The notes under the pieces are model-generated. The model did not search any database. It saw only the letters and a list, made by a program, of their open reading frames with translations, and was not told where the DNA came from. From Octopus vulgaris (taxonomy: Eukaryota): a stretch of 64,000 nucleotides of DNA. This document shows, piece after piece, positions 62,785 to 64,000 of this stretch. The stretch is taken from assembly GCA_951406725.2 (NCBI GenBank), contig OX597835.1, forward strand, positions 24,056,001 to 24,120,000. The letters run 5' to 3'. The position numbers were made by a program, and so were the translations under genes. Numbering within the stretch: position 1 is the stretch's first letter; each line of letters opens with the position of its first letter.

Positions 62785-64000
62785 GTAAAAAAAAAAAAAA
62801 AAAAAAAATTCCTACTTTATAACACACATGTACATATATGTTAGTATGTTTCCCTGTTTTTGTTGCTTTTTGGTCCTTGTTTGGAATAGATTTTGTCAGG
62901 GACCCTGTTACGAAATCTATTCCATTCCTTTTTTTTCATTTTATTTTATTTTATTTTCTCCAAGACATTGTAATAAACCATAGACCGAGCCTATCTCTGT
63001 GTATATGTGTGTATATGTGTGTGTGTGTGTGCTATGTTTATATGTTGTTGTTTAGGCCTAGGACGGTCCTGATCCAGCGAACGTCTTTTACCAAAGACAA
63101 TCTAGCTAAGACCACCCTATACTATTTGCGCGAATACTGTGTTCCTGTGTGCATCAAGCATCGATAGCCGAAAATTTTTCAAATTAGAAAATAAGTTGTT
63201 CGAGTTCTTTGCGATTGCGCAAAAGTAAATAAGTTACGAGGAAACAAAGTCCCAGCGGAGGTGAGAGGGGAACATGGAACACGAAACAAATTACGCGACG
63301 TAATGTCTTAAGGTACGGTCGCAGTGGGCAATTTGTTAGGGAGTCTATAGCATGTCTAGCGGCCTCATTTCTGATCTATGTGTGTTTTGCTTGTTACTAT
63401 CATGAAATAACCATCATAGTGCCCAGGGCATTGATTTGTCAGAGGGGCCTATAATACTGCTAGGGCGGCCTTGATTGCGCCGAGAAGACGTGAGGGTTGC
63501 AGCTAGAACACAATTTAAAAAGAAGTTGGGTTGTGCAAAAACTACGTGTGTGTGTGTGTGTATGTATGTCTTTCTTTTACTTGTATCAGTCTGCGGCCAC
63601 GCTGGGGCACTGCCTAGAAGTAATTTTAGTCGATCGAATCGACTCCAATATATTTTTTTTAACTGTTAAGTTATAGGAACTCAAACGTAAACACACCCTC
63701 ACTGGTTGTCAAGCGGTGATGGAACACACATACATCACGGGCTTTCAATTTCCGTTTACCAAATCCACCCATAAGAATTTGGGTCAGCCCGAGGCTATAG
63801 TAGTAGAAGACACTTGTCGCACAGTGAGACTGAACGCAGAACCGTGTGGTTGGAAAGCAAGCTTCTTACCACACACATCACATACATATTTGTCCGATTT
63901 TAAAACTTTCAATGTTATGTAATCATAGCTAAGCTCCTGTTTGAAACAAAATTTTTGAATATTATCAAATGTCATTACGTAATCCTCACTCAAAAACTAA

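Overview
Repeat-saturated, AT-rich animal genomic DNA. The SINE families and microsatellite load point to an octopod cephalopod (Octopus sp.); this is recognised from repeat sequence and not checked against a database. There is no complete host gene, rRNA, true tRNA or CRISPR array, and almost all ORFs in the track are microsatellite or SINE artefacts. Supported content: (i) more than 40 copies of four tRNA-headed SINE families, called A-D here, many with 11-16 bp TSDs; (ii) decayed LINE pieces (CR1-type, RTE, a HERO-type RLE element missed by the ORF track, an R4/Dong-like 3' end); (iii) DNA-transposon relics (hAT transposase, three mariner derivatives, and Tigger-like, hAT-like and GG-ended 8-bp-TSD MITEs); (iv) three short ATG-initiated + strand exon candidates, all with phase-1 donors (21043, 25807, 62742), suggesting alternative first exons of one large gene whose shared exons lie downstream. 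The most striking signal is a dense set of short elements sitting in (TA)n/(TG)n tracts that carry hammerhead-ribozyme (HHR) motifs. Several are folded back into 100-200 bp palindromes whose inversion point lies in or next to the ribozyme, and one has an apparently intact type I hammerhead (32133-32207). These are most simply Penelope-like-element (PLE) derivatives. Boundaries were counted by eye and may be off by a few bases unless a TSD is given.
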